Below are positions 11,076 through 19,541 of a stretch of 40,648 bases of DNA, one piece after another (within the stretch, counting starts at the first letter, position 1; each line of letters starts with the position of its first letter). A program made the position numbers and the translations under genes. The notes under the pieces were generated by a model that saw only the letters and a list, made by a program, of their open reading frames with translations, was not told where the DNA came from and searched no databases. Source of the DNA: an uncultured Alphaproteobacteria bacterium (GTDB lineage: Bacteria > Pseudomonadota > Alphaproteobacteria > Caulobacterales > Caulobacteraceae); the NCBI GenBank assembly GCA_903912465.1, contig CAIWHQ010000057.1, positions 1 through 40,648 on the forward strand, read 5' to 3'.

Positions 11076-12785
11076 CTAGTCCTTTTGGGCCTTCTCGCGG
11101 AGGGCCGCGCCGAGGATGTCGCCCAGCGAGGCTCCGGAGTCCGAGGATCCGAACTTCTCGATTGCGGCCTTCTCCTCGACCCTCTCCAGGGCCTTGATGG
11201 ACAGGGAGATCCGCCGGGCGGCCTTGTCCACGAGGGTGACCTGGGCATCGACGCGGTCGCCAACGGCGAAGCGCTCGGGGCGCTGGTCAGCACGGTCCCG
11301 CGAGAGGTCCGACTTGCGGATGAAGGCCGACATGGGCGCTTCGTCATCGCCGAAGCGGACCTCGATGCCACCCGAGGTGACCTCGGTGACGGTGACCGTC
11401 ACGTTCTGGCCCTTCCGGTAGACGTCGCCAGTCATCGGATCGCCCGAGAGCTGCTTGATGCCCAGGGAGATACGTTCCTTTTCGACATCGACGTCCAGGA
11501 CCCGCGCCTTGACCATCTCGCCCTTGTGATAGCGCGTGATGGCCTCCTCGCCGGGCAGGTTCCAGTCGAGGTCGGACAGGTGGACCATGCCGTCGATGTC
11601 GTTGTCCAGGCCAAGGAAGAGGCCGAACTCGGTGGCGTTCTTGACTTCGCCCTCGACGGTGGAGCCCACCGGATGGGTGGCCACGAAGGCCTCCCAGGGA
11701 TTGTCCATGGCCTGCTTGAGGCCCAGCGACACGCGACGCTTGGAGGGATCCACGTCCAGGACGACCACGTCGACTTCCTGAGAGGTCGAGACGATCTTGC
11801 CAGGGTGGACGTTCTTCTTGGTCCAGGACATTTCCGAGACGTGCACCAGGCCCTCGACACCGGCCTCCAGCTCCACGAAGGCGCCGTAGTCGGTGATGTT
11901 GGTGATGCGGCCGGTGAAGCGGGCACCCATCGGGTACTTGGCCTCGACGCCGTCCCAGGGGTCGGACTGGAGCTGCTTCATGCCCAGGGAGATGCGCTGG
12001 GTGTCGGGATTGATCTTGACGATCTGGACCCGGACCGTGTCGCCCACGGCCAGCACCTGGCTGGGGTGGTTGACGCGCTTCCAGCTCATGTCGGTGACAT
12101 GCAGCAGGCCGTCGATCCCGCCCAGGTCCACGAAGGCGCCATAGTCGGTGATGTTCTTGACCACGCCTTCGCGGATCTCGCCTTCCTGCAGCTGGCCGAC
12201 AAGTTCGGTGCGCTGTTCGGCGCGGGCTTCCTCGAGGATGGCCCGGCGGGACACGACGATGTTGCCGCGCGGGCGGTCCATCTTGAGGATGGCGAAGGGC
12301 TGTTCCTTGCCCATCAGCGGACCGACGTCGCGCACCGGGCGGATGTCGACCTGCGAGCCCGGCAAGAAGGCCGAGGCGCCGCCGAGGTCAACGGTGAAGC
12401 CGCCCTTCACGCGGCCAACGATGGCGCCCATGACAGGCTCGTTGCGGGCGTGAACGCCCTCAAGCCGGGTCCAGGCCTCCTCGCGGCGGGCCTTCTCGCG
12501 GCTGATAACCGCCTCGCCCATGGCGTTCTCGACCCGCTCGAGGAAAACCTCGACCGTATCGCCGATGGCCAGCTGGGGCTTGTCCTCCTCGCCGACGCTG
12601 AATTCCTTGACGGAGATGCGGCCCTCGGTCTTGAGGCCCACATCGATGATCGCGAAGTCCTTCTCGATGCCCACGACAATGCCCTTGACCACCTGGCCTT
12701 CCATGAAGTCGCGTCCACCCAGGGACTCGGTCAGGAGGGCCGCGAAGTCGTCGCGGGACGGGTTCAGGCCAGCATCATCAGCCAT
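11076..12785 (-). CDS. rpsA: 30S ribosomal protein S1
   Basis: Repeated S1 domains (DYGAFVDLGGIDGLLHVTD, RISLGMKQL); 569 aa; after cmk. Confidence 0.98.
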   Translation of the reverse strand: MADDAGLNPSRDDFAALLTESLGGRDFMEGQVVKGIVVGIEKDFAIIDVGLKTEGRISVKEFSVGEEDKPQLAIGDTVEVFLERVENAMGEAVISREKARREEAWTRLEGVHARNEPVMGAIVGRVKGGFTVDLGGASAFLPGSQVDIRPVRDVGPLMGKEQPFAILKMDRPRGNIVVSRRAILEEARAEQRTELVGQLQEGEIREGVVKNITDYGAFVDLGGIDGLLHVTDMSWKRVNHPSQVLAVGDTVRVQIVKINPDTQRISLGMKQLQSDPWDGVEAKYPMGARFTGRITNITDYGAFVELEAGVEGLVHVSEMSWTKKNVHPGKIVSTSQEVDVVVLDVDPSKRRVSLGLKQAMDNPWEAFVATHPVGSTVEGEVKNATEFGLFLGLDNDIDGMVHLSDLDWNLPGEEAITRYHKGEMVKARVLDVDVEKERISLGIKQLSGDPMTGDVYRKGQNVTVTVTEVTSGGIEVRFGDDEAPMSAFIRKSDLSRDRADQRPERFAVGDRVDAQVTLVDKAARRISLSIKALERVEEKAAIEKFGSSDSGASLGDILGAALREKAQKD

Positions 12786-12943
12786 TTTGTACTTTCATCA
12801 GTCATTGTGACCCGGAAGCCGCGCGCCCTTCAGGCAGACGGAGTCCCGGAATCGGGTTGGAGTTGAAACCGAAGGCGCGGAGCCCGCGCCGGTGTATGCC
12901 CGCGGCATGAGAGGGAAAGACGCGATGGGATTTGCCGTCCGGA

Positions 12944-13588
12944 TCAGTTCCGGCCGGCGCGCGCCGCCTCGACAATGCGGCGGGCCGCATCGGTGGCGCG
13001 GTCTATAGTCATTTCGGAGGTATCCAGCAAGACGGCGTCGGCTGCCCGGGCCAGAGGCGCGTCGGCCCGGCCGCCGTCCCGGGCGTCACGCCGGCGGATG
13101 TCGGCCAGGACCTCCTCGAGGGATACCGTCTCGCCCTGGGCGGCGAGCTGGCGCCAGCGGCGCTCTGCGCGGACCTCCGGACGGGCGGTCACGAATAGCT
13201 TGGCCGGCGCCCAGGGGGCGATCACCGTGCCGATGTCCCGGCCGTCGAGCACAGCGCCGCCTGGCCGGTGCGCAAAACCGACCTGGGTGGCGTTCAGGGC
13301 TTCCCGGACACCGGGGTGCACCGCAACCCGGCTGGCCAGTTCACCTGCCGATCGGGTGCGGAAGGCGGGATCGTCCAGGGCCAGGGGATCGATCTTCCCG
13401 GCGACGGCCGCGGCGGCACCGGGGTCATCGGGATCAACCCCGGCCCGGGAGGCGGCCACGCCGACGGCCCGGTAGAGGAGGCCGGTGTCGAGGACCGGCA
13501 GGCCATAGGCCCGGCCCAGCCAGGCGGCGACCGTCCCCTTGCCGGAGGCGGCCGGACCGTCGACGGCGATCACCAGGCTGGCGGTCAT
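12944..13588 (-). CDS. cmk: Cytidylate kinase
   Basis: [31 protein letters not shown]; aroA-cmk-rpsA synteny. Confidence 0.96.
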   Translation of the reverse strand: MTASLVIAVDGPAASGKGTVAAWLGRAYGLPVLDTGLLYRAVGVAASRAGVDPDDPGAAAAVAGKIDPLALDDPAFRTRSAGELASRVAVHPGVREALNATQVGFAHRPGGAVLDGRDIGTVIAPWAPAKLFVTARPEVRAERRWRQLAAQGETVSLEEVLADIRRRDARDGGRADAPLARAADAVLLDTSEMTIDRATDAARRIVEAARAGRN

Positions 13589-14922
13589 GCCGGAGAGATG
13601 TCGGCGCCGAGGCCACCCATCATGTCGACGAAGCCAGGGAAGCTGGTGGCGATCATCCCGGGCTCGTCCACCCGGACGACGGCGTCCGCGGCCAGGCCCA
13701 ACACCAGGTGCGACATGGCGATGCGGTGGTCGCCCCGGGTCCTGACCGCCGCTCCGCCGACGGGGGGACGGTTGGCGCCGGCTCCGGTGACGATCAGGCC
13801 CTCCGGCTCCTCCTCCACCGCCAGGCCACAGGCCGCCAGGCCCGCCGCCATCAGGGCGATGCGATCGCTCTCCTTCACGCGCATCTCACCGATGCCGCGC
13901 ATGCGGGTGACGCCCTCTGCAAAGGCCGCGGCGACCGCCAGTATGGGATACTCGTCAATCATGGACGGTGCGCGATCCGCCGGGACGTCGACCCCCCTGA
14001 GGGCAGAGTGGCGGGCAGTGATGTCGCCGACGGGCTCACCGCCCTCGTCGCGGACCGCCGACACTGACAGGTCGGCGCCCATTTCCCTGAGGGTCGTCAG
14101 CAGTCCCGTACGAAGGGGATTGAGCAGGACTCCCTCCACCGTCACCTCGGACCCCGGCGTGATCAGCGCCGCCACGAGGGGGAAGGCTGCCGAGGACGGG
14201 TCGCCCGGAACCCGGATCCGGGTTCCCGTGAGGCCCTGCCCGCCGGGCAGGGTGATCCGCCGCCCCTCCGGAAGATCCTCGATGATCACCTCGGCCCCGA
14301 ACCCCCGGAGCATCCGTTCGGTGTGGTCCCGGGTCGGCTCCGGCTCGATGACCACTGCACCACCGGCGGCGTGAAGGCCCGCGAGGAGGACGGCGGACTT
14401 CACCTGGGCTGAGGGCTCGGGCAGGACGTATTCGATCCGCTTCAGGCTCCCGCCCCGCAGGGTCAGGGGCAGCCGGCCACCCGACCGGCCCAGGAAGCGG
14501 GCCCCCATCTCCGAGAGGGGTTTCATGACCCGGTTCATAGGACGGCCCCGAAGCGAGGCGTCACCCGTGAAGGTTGCGGAAAGATCGAAGCCCGCAGCGG
14601 CGCCGAGGATCAGGCGAACGCCCGTTCCGGCATTGCCGCAGTCGATCACGTCGTCGGGCTCGGAGAATCCGCCCCGGCCCAGGACCCGCCAGCGGCCGCC
14701 CCCCAGGGCCTCTACCTCGGCGCCAAAGGCGCGCATGGCGGCGGCGGAACGCAGGACGTCCTCGCCCTCGAGGAGCCCCTCCACCTCCGTCAGGCCCTCC
14801 GCCAGGGCGCCGAAGATCAACGCCCGGTGAGAAATCGACTTATCGCCCGGCGCACGGATCCGTCCGCGCAGGGGTCCGCTCCGCCGGGCGCTGAGGGCGG
14901 CGGTCTGGCCAGGGGAGGACAT
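13585..14922 (-). CDS. aroA: 3-phosphoshikimate 1-carboxyvinyltransferase (EPSP synthase, class II type)
   Basis: [47 protein letters not shown]; start likely ATG 14922. Confidence 0.96.
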   Translation of the reverse strand: MSSPGQTAALSARRSGPLRGRIRAPGDKSISHRALIFGALAEGLTEVEGLLEGEDVLRSAAAMRAFGAEVEALGGGRWRVLGRGGFSEPDDVIDCGNAGTGVRLILGAAAGFDLSATFTGDASLRGRPMNRVMKPLSEMGARFLGRSGGRLPLTLRGGSLKRIEYVLPEPSAQVKSAVLLAGLHAAGGAVVIEPEPTRDHTERMLRGFGAEVIIEDLPEGRRITLPGGQGLTGTRIRVPGDPSSAAFPLVAALITPGSEVTVEGVLLNPLRTGLLTTLREMGADLSVSAVRDEGGEPVGDITARHSALRGVDVPADRAPSMIDEYPILAVAAAFAEGVTRMRGIGEMRVKESDRIALMAAGLAACGLAVEEEPEGLIVTGAGANRPPVGGAAVRTRGDHRIAMSHLVLGLAADAVVRVDEPGMIATSFPGFVDMMGGLGADISPA

Positions 14923-15049
14923 GGCGAGGATTGGCTCCGGGGCGGGTGAAGCGGGACAGGTGCGCCTGAAGGGCTTTGCTTTTGACAGTGGCGCCGCCGC
15001 ATGGCAAGTGAGCCGGCTTCCATTATCACCCTTACAAGAGGCCCGCCCC

Positions 15050-15514
15050 TTGGCCCTTCCTGAACTCGGCGCGAAGCAGATCTGCCCCAACTGCCAGGCC
15101 AAATTCTACGATCTGACCCGCCGTCCGGCGCACTGCCCCAAGTGCAGCCACGATTTCGACCCTGACGAAGCGGTCCGTTCCCGCCGTGTCCGCGCCCGGG
15201 CAGCTCCGGCTGAGCGCGACATTGAGGACGACGCCGAGGACCAGGTCCAGGCGGCCGGACCCGAGGCCGAAGAGGAAGAGGAGGACGAGGTCGTCACTCC
15301 CGCTCTCGACGAGGCCGTGGACGATCCGGTCCTTGTGGTCGACGACGAAGATGGCGAGGTCATCGCTCCGCCCGAAGACGATCTGGTCGCCTTCCAGGAA
15401 GAAGACGAGCTCGAAGAGGAGGAGGACGACGTCCCCTTCCTTGAAGACGAGGAGGACGAATTCGACGACGCTGAACTCGACGGTCTTCCCGGCGAGGGCG
15501 GTGCGGACGACTGA
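15050..15514 (+). CDS. TIGR02300 / FYDLN-acid family protein (Zn ribbon plus very acidic tail)
   Basis: [23 protein letters not shown] followed by D/E-rich tail; TTG start 15050 after AAGAGG; typical position between aroA and tRNA-Ala. Confidence 0.9.
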   Translation: MALPELGAKQICPNCQAKFYDLTRRPAHCPKCSHDFDPDEAVRSRRVRARAAPAERDIEDDAEDQVQAAGPEAEEEEEDEVVTPALDEAVDDPVLVVDDEDGEVIAPPEDDLVAFQEEDELEEEEDDVPFLEDEEDEFDDAELDGLPGEGGADD

Positions 15515-15638
15515 CCTGGGTCGTCCTTCCGGCGGCGGCGATTTTTCCCTTTAGCGGGCTTGATCGCCGCGATCCGCCGGACTAGGTTCCGCGCCTTCCC
15601 GGACAGGCCCCATCGGCCGACAAGGGACCCGAGACCTC

Positions 15639-15714
15639 GGGGCTATAGCTCAGTTGGTAGAGCGCTTGAATGGCATTCAAGAGGTCAGCGGTTCGACTCC
15701 GCTTAGCTCCACCA
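15639..15714 (+). tRNA. tRNA-Ala (anticodon GGC)
   Basis: GGGGCTATAGCTCAGTTGGTAGAGCG; anticodon arm CTTGA-ATGGCAT-TCAAG; GGTTCGACTCC T-arm; encoded CCA; 76 nt; upstream TTGATC-N17-TAGGTT. Confidence 0.97.
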
Positions 15715-15715
15715 T

Positions 15716-15746
15716 GAAGGCCCGTCGGACACCCCGGCGGGCCTTC
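15716..15746. terminator. Hairpin between tRNA-Ala and the convergent glycosyltransferase
   Basis: GAAGGCCCGTCGG...CCGGCGGGCCTTC inverted repeat; no strong U tract. Confidence 0.55.
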
Positions 15747-15787
15747 GCCATTCCGGGGTCAGGCCAGGCGGGGGTCTCAGCCGAAGC

Positions 15788-17422
15788 TCAGGCCGGAGGC
15801 TTCAGGTCGGCCAGGCCCAGTTTCGCCAGCCACATCAGGGCCCTGAGCCGCGGACGCCCACCGCCGCCTGCGGCGGCCATCAGGTCGGAAACTGTTCTGG
15901 GGCCGGCCTGGGCCAGACGGTGCAGATCCCGGATCATCTCGGGCGGCAGTCGGACGGGATCGAGGACGTAGGTGGTCATCCTCAGCCGGAGCAGGTCCTC
16001 CAGGGCGGCTTCCCGTCCGGGCGGGGCGCTGACGATCCAATCCGGCGCCAGGCGGCGGGTGGGGAAATGCCCGAAGAGCCGGGTGGGGTCCGGCCTCAGG
16101 GGCCAGGGGATCTGGGGCCCGGTCGCGCTGGACCGAAGCCGGCCGAGTTCTCCGGCCAGGGCCTGGTAGCGATGCAGGATCACCGGCCAGTCGAATTCTG
16201 CAAGGGCCCGGGCCCGGCCCGACGCCCCCATCCGGGCGCGCTGGTCGGGGCTGTCGGCAAGCTCGCCGATCCGCCGGGACAGGACCTCCGGATCCGCCGC
16301 CGTGGCCATGCTGAACTGGCCGATGTAGCGGTCATAGGTGTCCATCTGCAGGGCGTGTCGGAGGGCCAGGTCGATGGCGCCGCCCTCGGGAGCCCCGGTC
16401 ACCGGTATCCGGAAGCCGTCGAGGCCGTCCCGCACCGTATCGCGGTATCCGTTCCAGTCCGAGACCAGAACCGGAAGACCCGAGGCCATGGCCTCCACCG
16501 GTGTGATGCCAAAGGTCTCCTGGATGTTGTCCGAGATCGAAACGAAGACATCGGCCGCGCACCAGGCCCGCCGGTAGTCCCCGGCGTCTTCGCCCCTGGC
16601 GTGGAGGAAGCGCACGGAGGGCGCCAGGGCCGACTGGGCGTCGCGGTAGGACTCCGCGATCGCTTCATTGTGGAATTGCCCGGCCTCTATGCAGACCAGC
16701 CGCCGCCCCGCAGCTGCCCTTTCCAGGGCCTGGTAGAGGGGGGCCGGGTTGGCCTTGGCGTGGAAGGACAGCCGTCCCGCAAAGAGGAAGGCGACGTCCC
16801 CAGGCGCGAGGCCAAGGTCTTGCCGGGCGGCCTCGATCTCCGACGCCGGCCGCGCCAGTGACGCCACGTCGACCCCGAGGGGGATGACCGGAAGCTCGAT
16901 CTCGGAGAAGCGGGTGGCGCCATAGTGCTCCGCCAGCCAGGCGCGGCGCTCGGCCATGAGGCTGCGCACCAGGGTGACGGCGGCCGTCGATGTACAGATC
17001 AGGGCGTCCCAGGGCTGGAAGGGCGCTCCCGCCAGGTCACCTATACTGTCCATGGCGCCCAGCGAGGACAGGGTGTGGGTCACCCCGAAAAGACTGTAGG
17101 CGCCCGGCCCCTCCCGGTTGCGGTCGTGCGCCATGGCCAGCGGGATCGGACCGGGATGGTAGACGGCGCCCGGAAATCCGGGAGGCGGGGCTGTCGAGCC
17201 CTGTTCACGCCAGACCAGACGGCCGGAGAATCCCTCCTGTTGCAACTGGTCCATCATTGCCCGGGAAGCGCCGCGGCCGAATCCGAAGACCTCGCCGTCC
17301 GGCCAGCGCCGGGCGATAGCGCGGAACAGGGACTTACCGACCGCCTGGCGGCCCATCAGCTTGGCTTCAGTGGAATAGCCGTCCCCCACGTAGTGGAGGG
17401 CGAAGGACATGGGGTCGCTCAT
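15788..17422 (-). CDS. Glycosyltransferase family 4 (GT-B fold) protein
   Basis: FLFAGRLSFHAK, SDNIQETFGITPVEAMASGLPVLVSDWNGYRDTVRDG (EX7E motif); start ATG 17422 or 17410. Confidence 0.88.
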   Translation of the reverse strand: MSDPMSFALHYVGDGYSTEAKLMGRQAVGKSLFRAIARRWPDGEVFGFGRGASRAMMDQLQQEGFSGRLVWREQGSTAPPPGFPGAVYHPGPIPLAMAHDRNREGPGAYSLFGVTHTLSSLGAMDSIGDLAGAPFQPWDALICTSTAAVTLVRSLMAERRAWLAEHYGATRFSEIELPVIPLGVDVASLARPASEIEAARQDLGLAPGDVAFLFAGRLSFHAKANPAPLYQALERAAAGRRLVCIEAGQFHNEAIAESYRDAQSALAPSVRFLHARGEDAGDYRRAWCAADVFVSISDNIQETFGITPVEAMASGLPVLVSDWNGYRDTVRDGLDGFRIPVTGAPEGGAIDLALRHALQMDTYDRYIGQFSMATAADPEVLSRRIGELADSPDQRARMGASGRARALAEFDWPVILHRYQALAGELGRLRSSATGPQIPWPLRPDPTRLFGHFPTRRLAPDWIVSAPPGREAALEDLLRLRMTTYVLDPVRLPPEMIRDLHRLAQAGPRTVSDLMAAAGGGGRPRLRALMWLAKLGLADLKPPA

Positions 17423-17484
17423 GCCGAATTGGTGCGACGGCAGGGGCTGCGGCGCAAGTCTGACTGAAGTCGGACCTGCAGATA

Positions 17485-17514
17485 TTGAAAGCCGGGGACC
17501 CACGCGCCACATGT
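17485..17514 (+). promoter_or_regulatory. Putative RpoH-type promoter of hsp20
   Basis: TTGAAA(17485-90)...CCACATGT(17507-14) upstream of a small heat-shock gene. Confidence 0.4.
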
Positions 17515-17521
17515 GTGGGGT

Positions 17522-17579
17522 GGCGGGTCGGGCCGGAACCGGACGGGACGCCGCAGAGTCGCTTTGATTGAGGACTCCC
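17522..17579 (+). promoter_or_regulatory. ROSE-like RNA thermometer in the hsp20 5' UTR
   Basis: Hairpin GAGTC-G-CT-TTGATTG-AG-GACTC (17556-17577): UCGCU motif with bulged G pairs with AGGA SD; upstream GC-rich hairpin. Confidence 0.75.
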
Positions 17580-17996
17580 ATGACCAGGACCGTTCTGTTC
17601 GACAGCCCCTTCCTTCTCGGCTTCGAACATACCCGAAACCAGATCGAGAGGGCGGCGAAGGCTGCCTCCGAAGGCTATCCGCCCTACAACGTCGAGGATC
17701 TTGGCGGCGGTGCCCTCAGGATCACCCTCGCCGTGGCCGGGTTCACGCCCGAGAGCCTGCAGATCACCCTTGAGGACCGCCAGCTGACCATAGCCGGCCG
17801 CCGGGAGGACGCCCCCAAGGGCGACGCCTACCTGCACAGGGGAATCGCAGCCCGGAGCTTCATCCGGAGTTTCGTCCTGGCGGACGGCGTTGAGGTGGAC
17901 CGTGCACTGCTTGAGCACGGCCTCCTGCATGTGGACCTCAGCCGTCCGGCACCCGAGCCTCAGGTTCGCCGCATCCCCATCCAGTCGGCAGGCTGA
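17580..17996 (+). CDS. Small heat shock protein (Hsp20/IbpA-like)
   Basis: YPPYNVE, RITLAVAGF, YLHRGIAARSF, LEHGLLHVDL. Confidence 0.95.
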   Translation: MTRTVLFDSPFLLGFEHTRNQIERAAKAASEGYPPYNVEDLGGGALRITLAVAGFTPESLQITLEDRQLTIAGRREDAPKGDAYLHRGIAARSFIRSFVLADGVEVDRALLEHGLLHVDLSRPAPEPQVRRIPIQSAG

Positions 17997-18019
17997 CAGC
18001 AGCTGAAGGAGCCCTTTCC

Positions 18020-18298
18020 ATGACACCCGATTCCAAGATTCGCGCCCTCCCCGGCCTGACCCCGGAAGCCTTCGCAGCCCTGGGCGCACCCGACATGGTC
18101 TATGTCCGTCCGGTCCGGGCCGCCGAGATCCTTGCCAGCACCGCTTCAGGTCGGATCGAAGGCATCGAGCTTGATCCGGACCAGGTGCTCTATGCGGTGC
18201 ACAGGGCGGACGGCGAAAGACTGGCCATCCTCGGCGACAGGGACTCTGCCGTTGCGGCTGCGGTGGCGCATGAACTGGCACCGGTCTCCGTTCACTGA
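18020..18298 (+). CDS. DUF1150 family protein
   Basis: AFAALGAPDMVYVRPV..YAVHRADGERLA..HELAPVSVH; usual partner of alphaproteobacterial hsp20; AAGGAG RBS. Confidence 0.88.
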   Translation: MTPDSKIRALPGLTPEAFAALGAPDMVYVRPVRAAEILASTASGRIEGIELDPDQVLYAVHRADGERLAILGDRDSAVAAAVAHELAPVSVH

Positions 18299-18322
18299 CG
18301 CCCACTGACGCCCACTGACGCC
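18293..18322 (+). repeat. Tandem repeat (CACTGACGCC)x3 overlapping the DUF1150 stop codon
   Basis: Three exact 10-bp units read directly. Confidence 0.9.
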
Positions 18323-18328
18323 TAAACG

Positions 18329-18802
18329 TCAGGCGGCGGCGGCCTCTCCCTGGGCCAGCAGGAATCGGATCGTATCGGCGTCGGCCGCCCGCCGGAGCTG
18401 GTCGCGCAGGTCGTCCTGGCGAACCAGACGGGAAATCCGGGCCAGGGCGCGCAAGTGCTCGACACCGGAGTCCTCTGGCGACAGGAGGGCGAAGAAGAGA
18501 TCTACCGGCTGGCCGTCAATGGCGCCGAAGGCGATGGGCTGCTCAAGCCTGACCACGACCAGGCGGCTGTGCTCGAGCCCTGCGACCCGGGCATGGGGGG
18601 CAGCGACCCCGCGGCCAAGCCCGGTCGATCCCGACTGCTCCCGCTCCAGGAGGGCAGACAGGACGCCCACGGGATCGAGTCCGAAGTTCTGGCCAGCCTT
18701 GTCGGCGATCAGGTTCATCACCTGTCGGGGCGTCCGGGCACCAGAGCCAACGGCGACACCGCTTGGCCCGATCAGGTCGGAGATAGAGAGGCGGTCCGGC
18801 AC
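18329..18802 (-). CDS. ptsN: PTS IIA-like nitrogen regulatory protein (EIIA-Ntr)
   Basis: LLEREQSGSTGLGRGVAAPHAR (phospho-His), FGAIDGQPVDLFF, HLRALARISR; rpoN-hpf-ptsN order. Confidence 0.9.
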   Translation of the reverse strand: MPDRLSISDLIGPSGVAVGSGARTPRQVMNLIADKAGQNFGLDPVGVLSALLEREQSGSTGLGRGVAAPHARVAGLEHSRLVVVRLEQPIAFGAIDGQPVDLFFALLSPEDSGVEHLRALARISRLVRQDDLRDQLRRAADADTIRFLLAQGEAAAA

Positions 18803-18859
18803 GGGTCACGCTCACTGACGGGAGGCGCTTCCGCCAGGCGTCTGAGGCCGACGGCAAGC

Positions 18860-19498
18860 TCAGACTGGAACTTCGCCCGTAGCGCCCTCTCGGGTCACCA
18901 ACGTGCGCTCGGGGTCTATCCAGCCGATGTTTCCATCTGGCCGGCGGTACACAACGGACAAACCGTGGTGCGCGGCGTTCCTGAACACGATTGTCTGTTG
19001 GTCCGTCAAGTCCAGTTCCAGAACCGCCTGGGAAACCGTCAGGGTGCGCAATGGCTTTTCGGTCTCGGCGATCACCAGGGCGGCGGGCGGCTCGGAGGCC
19101 GAAATCGGATCGATTCCGTCTTCCCAGTCCTCATCATCGGCCTCTTCGGGCGATTTGAGGACAAAATAGGACGCCATTTCCGCCTGACGCGCCGCAGATG
19201 AGGGGGCGTGGCTCTTCAGCCTTCGCTTGTAACGTCGGACCCGGTTCTCGATCTTGTGAAGAGCGGCGCTGAACGCCGCATGGGCCTCTGTCGCAAGGGC
19301 GTGGCTCGCAAGGGGCTGGCCCGAGGCGAGCTGGACTGAGCAGTCCACGCGAAAGGCGTGGCCCTCGCGGCTGACCACCACGTCCGCGGAGCCGCCGCGG
19401 TCGAAGATCTTGCCGATCGAGGCGTTGATTTCATCGACGACCCGCTCACGCAGGGCCGATCCGACGTCGACATGCTTGCCGGTGACCTGGACTTTCAT
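18860..19498 (-). CDS. hpf: Ribosome hibernation promoting factor (long HPF / RaiA family)
   Basis: MKVQVTGKHVDVG, RVRRYKRRLK, C-terminal VVYRRPDGNIGWIDP. Confidence 0.93.
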   Translation of the reverse strand: MKVQVTGKHVDVGSALRERVVDEINASIGKIFDRGGSADVVVSREGHAFRVDCSVQLASGQPLASHALATEAHAAFSAALHKIENRVRRYKRRLKSHAPSSAARQAEMASYFVLKSPEEADDEDWEDGIDPISASEPPAALVIAETEKPLRTLTVSQAVLELDLTDQQTIVFRNAAHHGLSVVYRRPDGNIGWIDPERTLVTREGATGEVPV

Positions 19499-19541
19499 GG
19501 GCTTATGGGGCGCTCTCGCCGCCCGGGAGTCAATCTCCGGA

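Noticed and set aside
10263-12866. 867-aa plus-strand ORF
   Set aside because: Antisense shadow of rpsA/ihfB/mscL, expected from high-GC codon bias; no recognisable domain
15639-17500. Integrative element at tRNA-Ala or tRNA-Leu
   Set aside because: No integrase and no duplicated tRNA 3' end seen; tRNA-Leu is flanked by core genes
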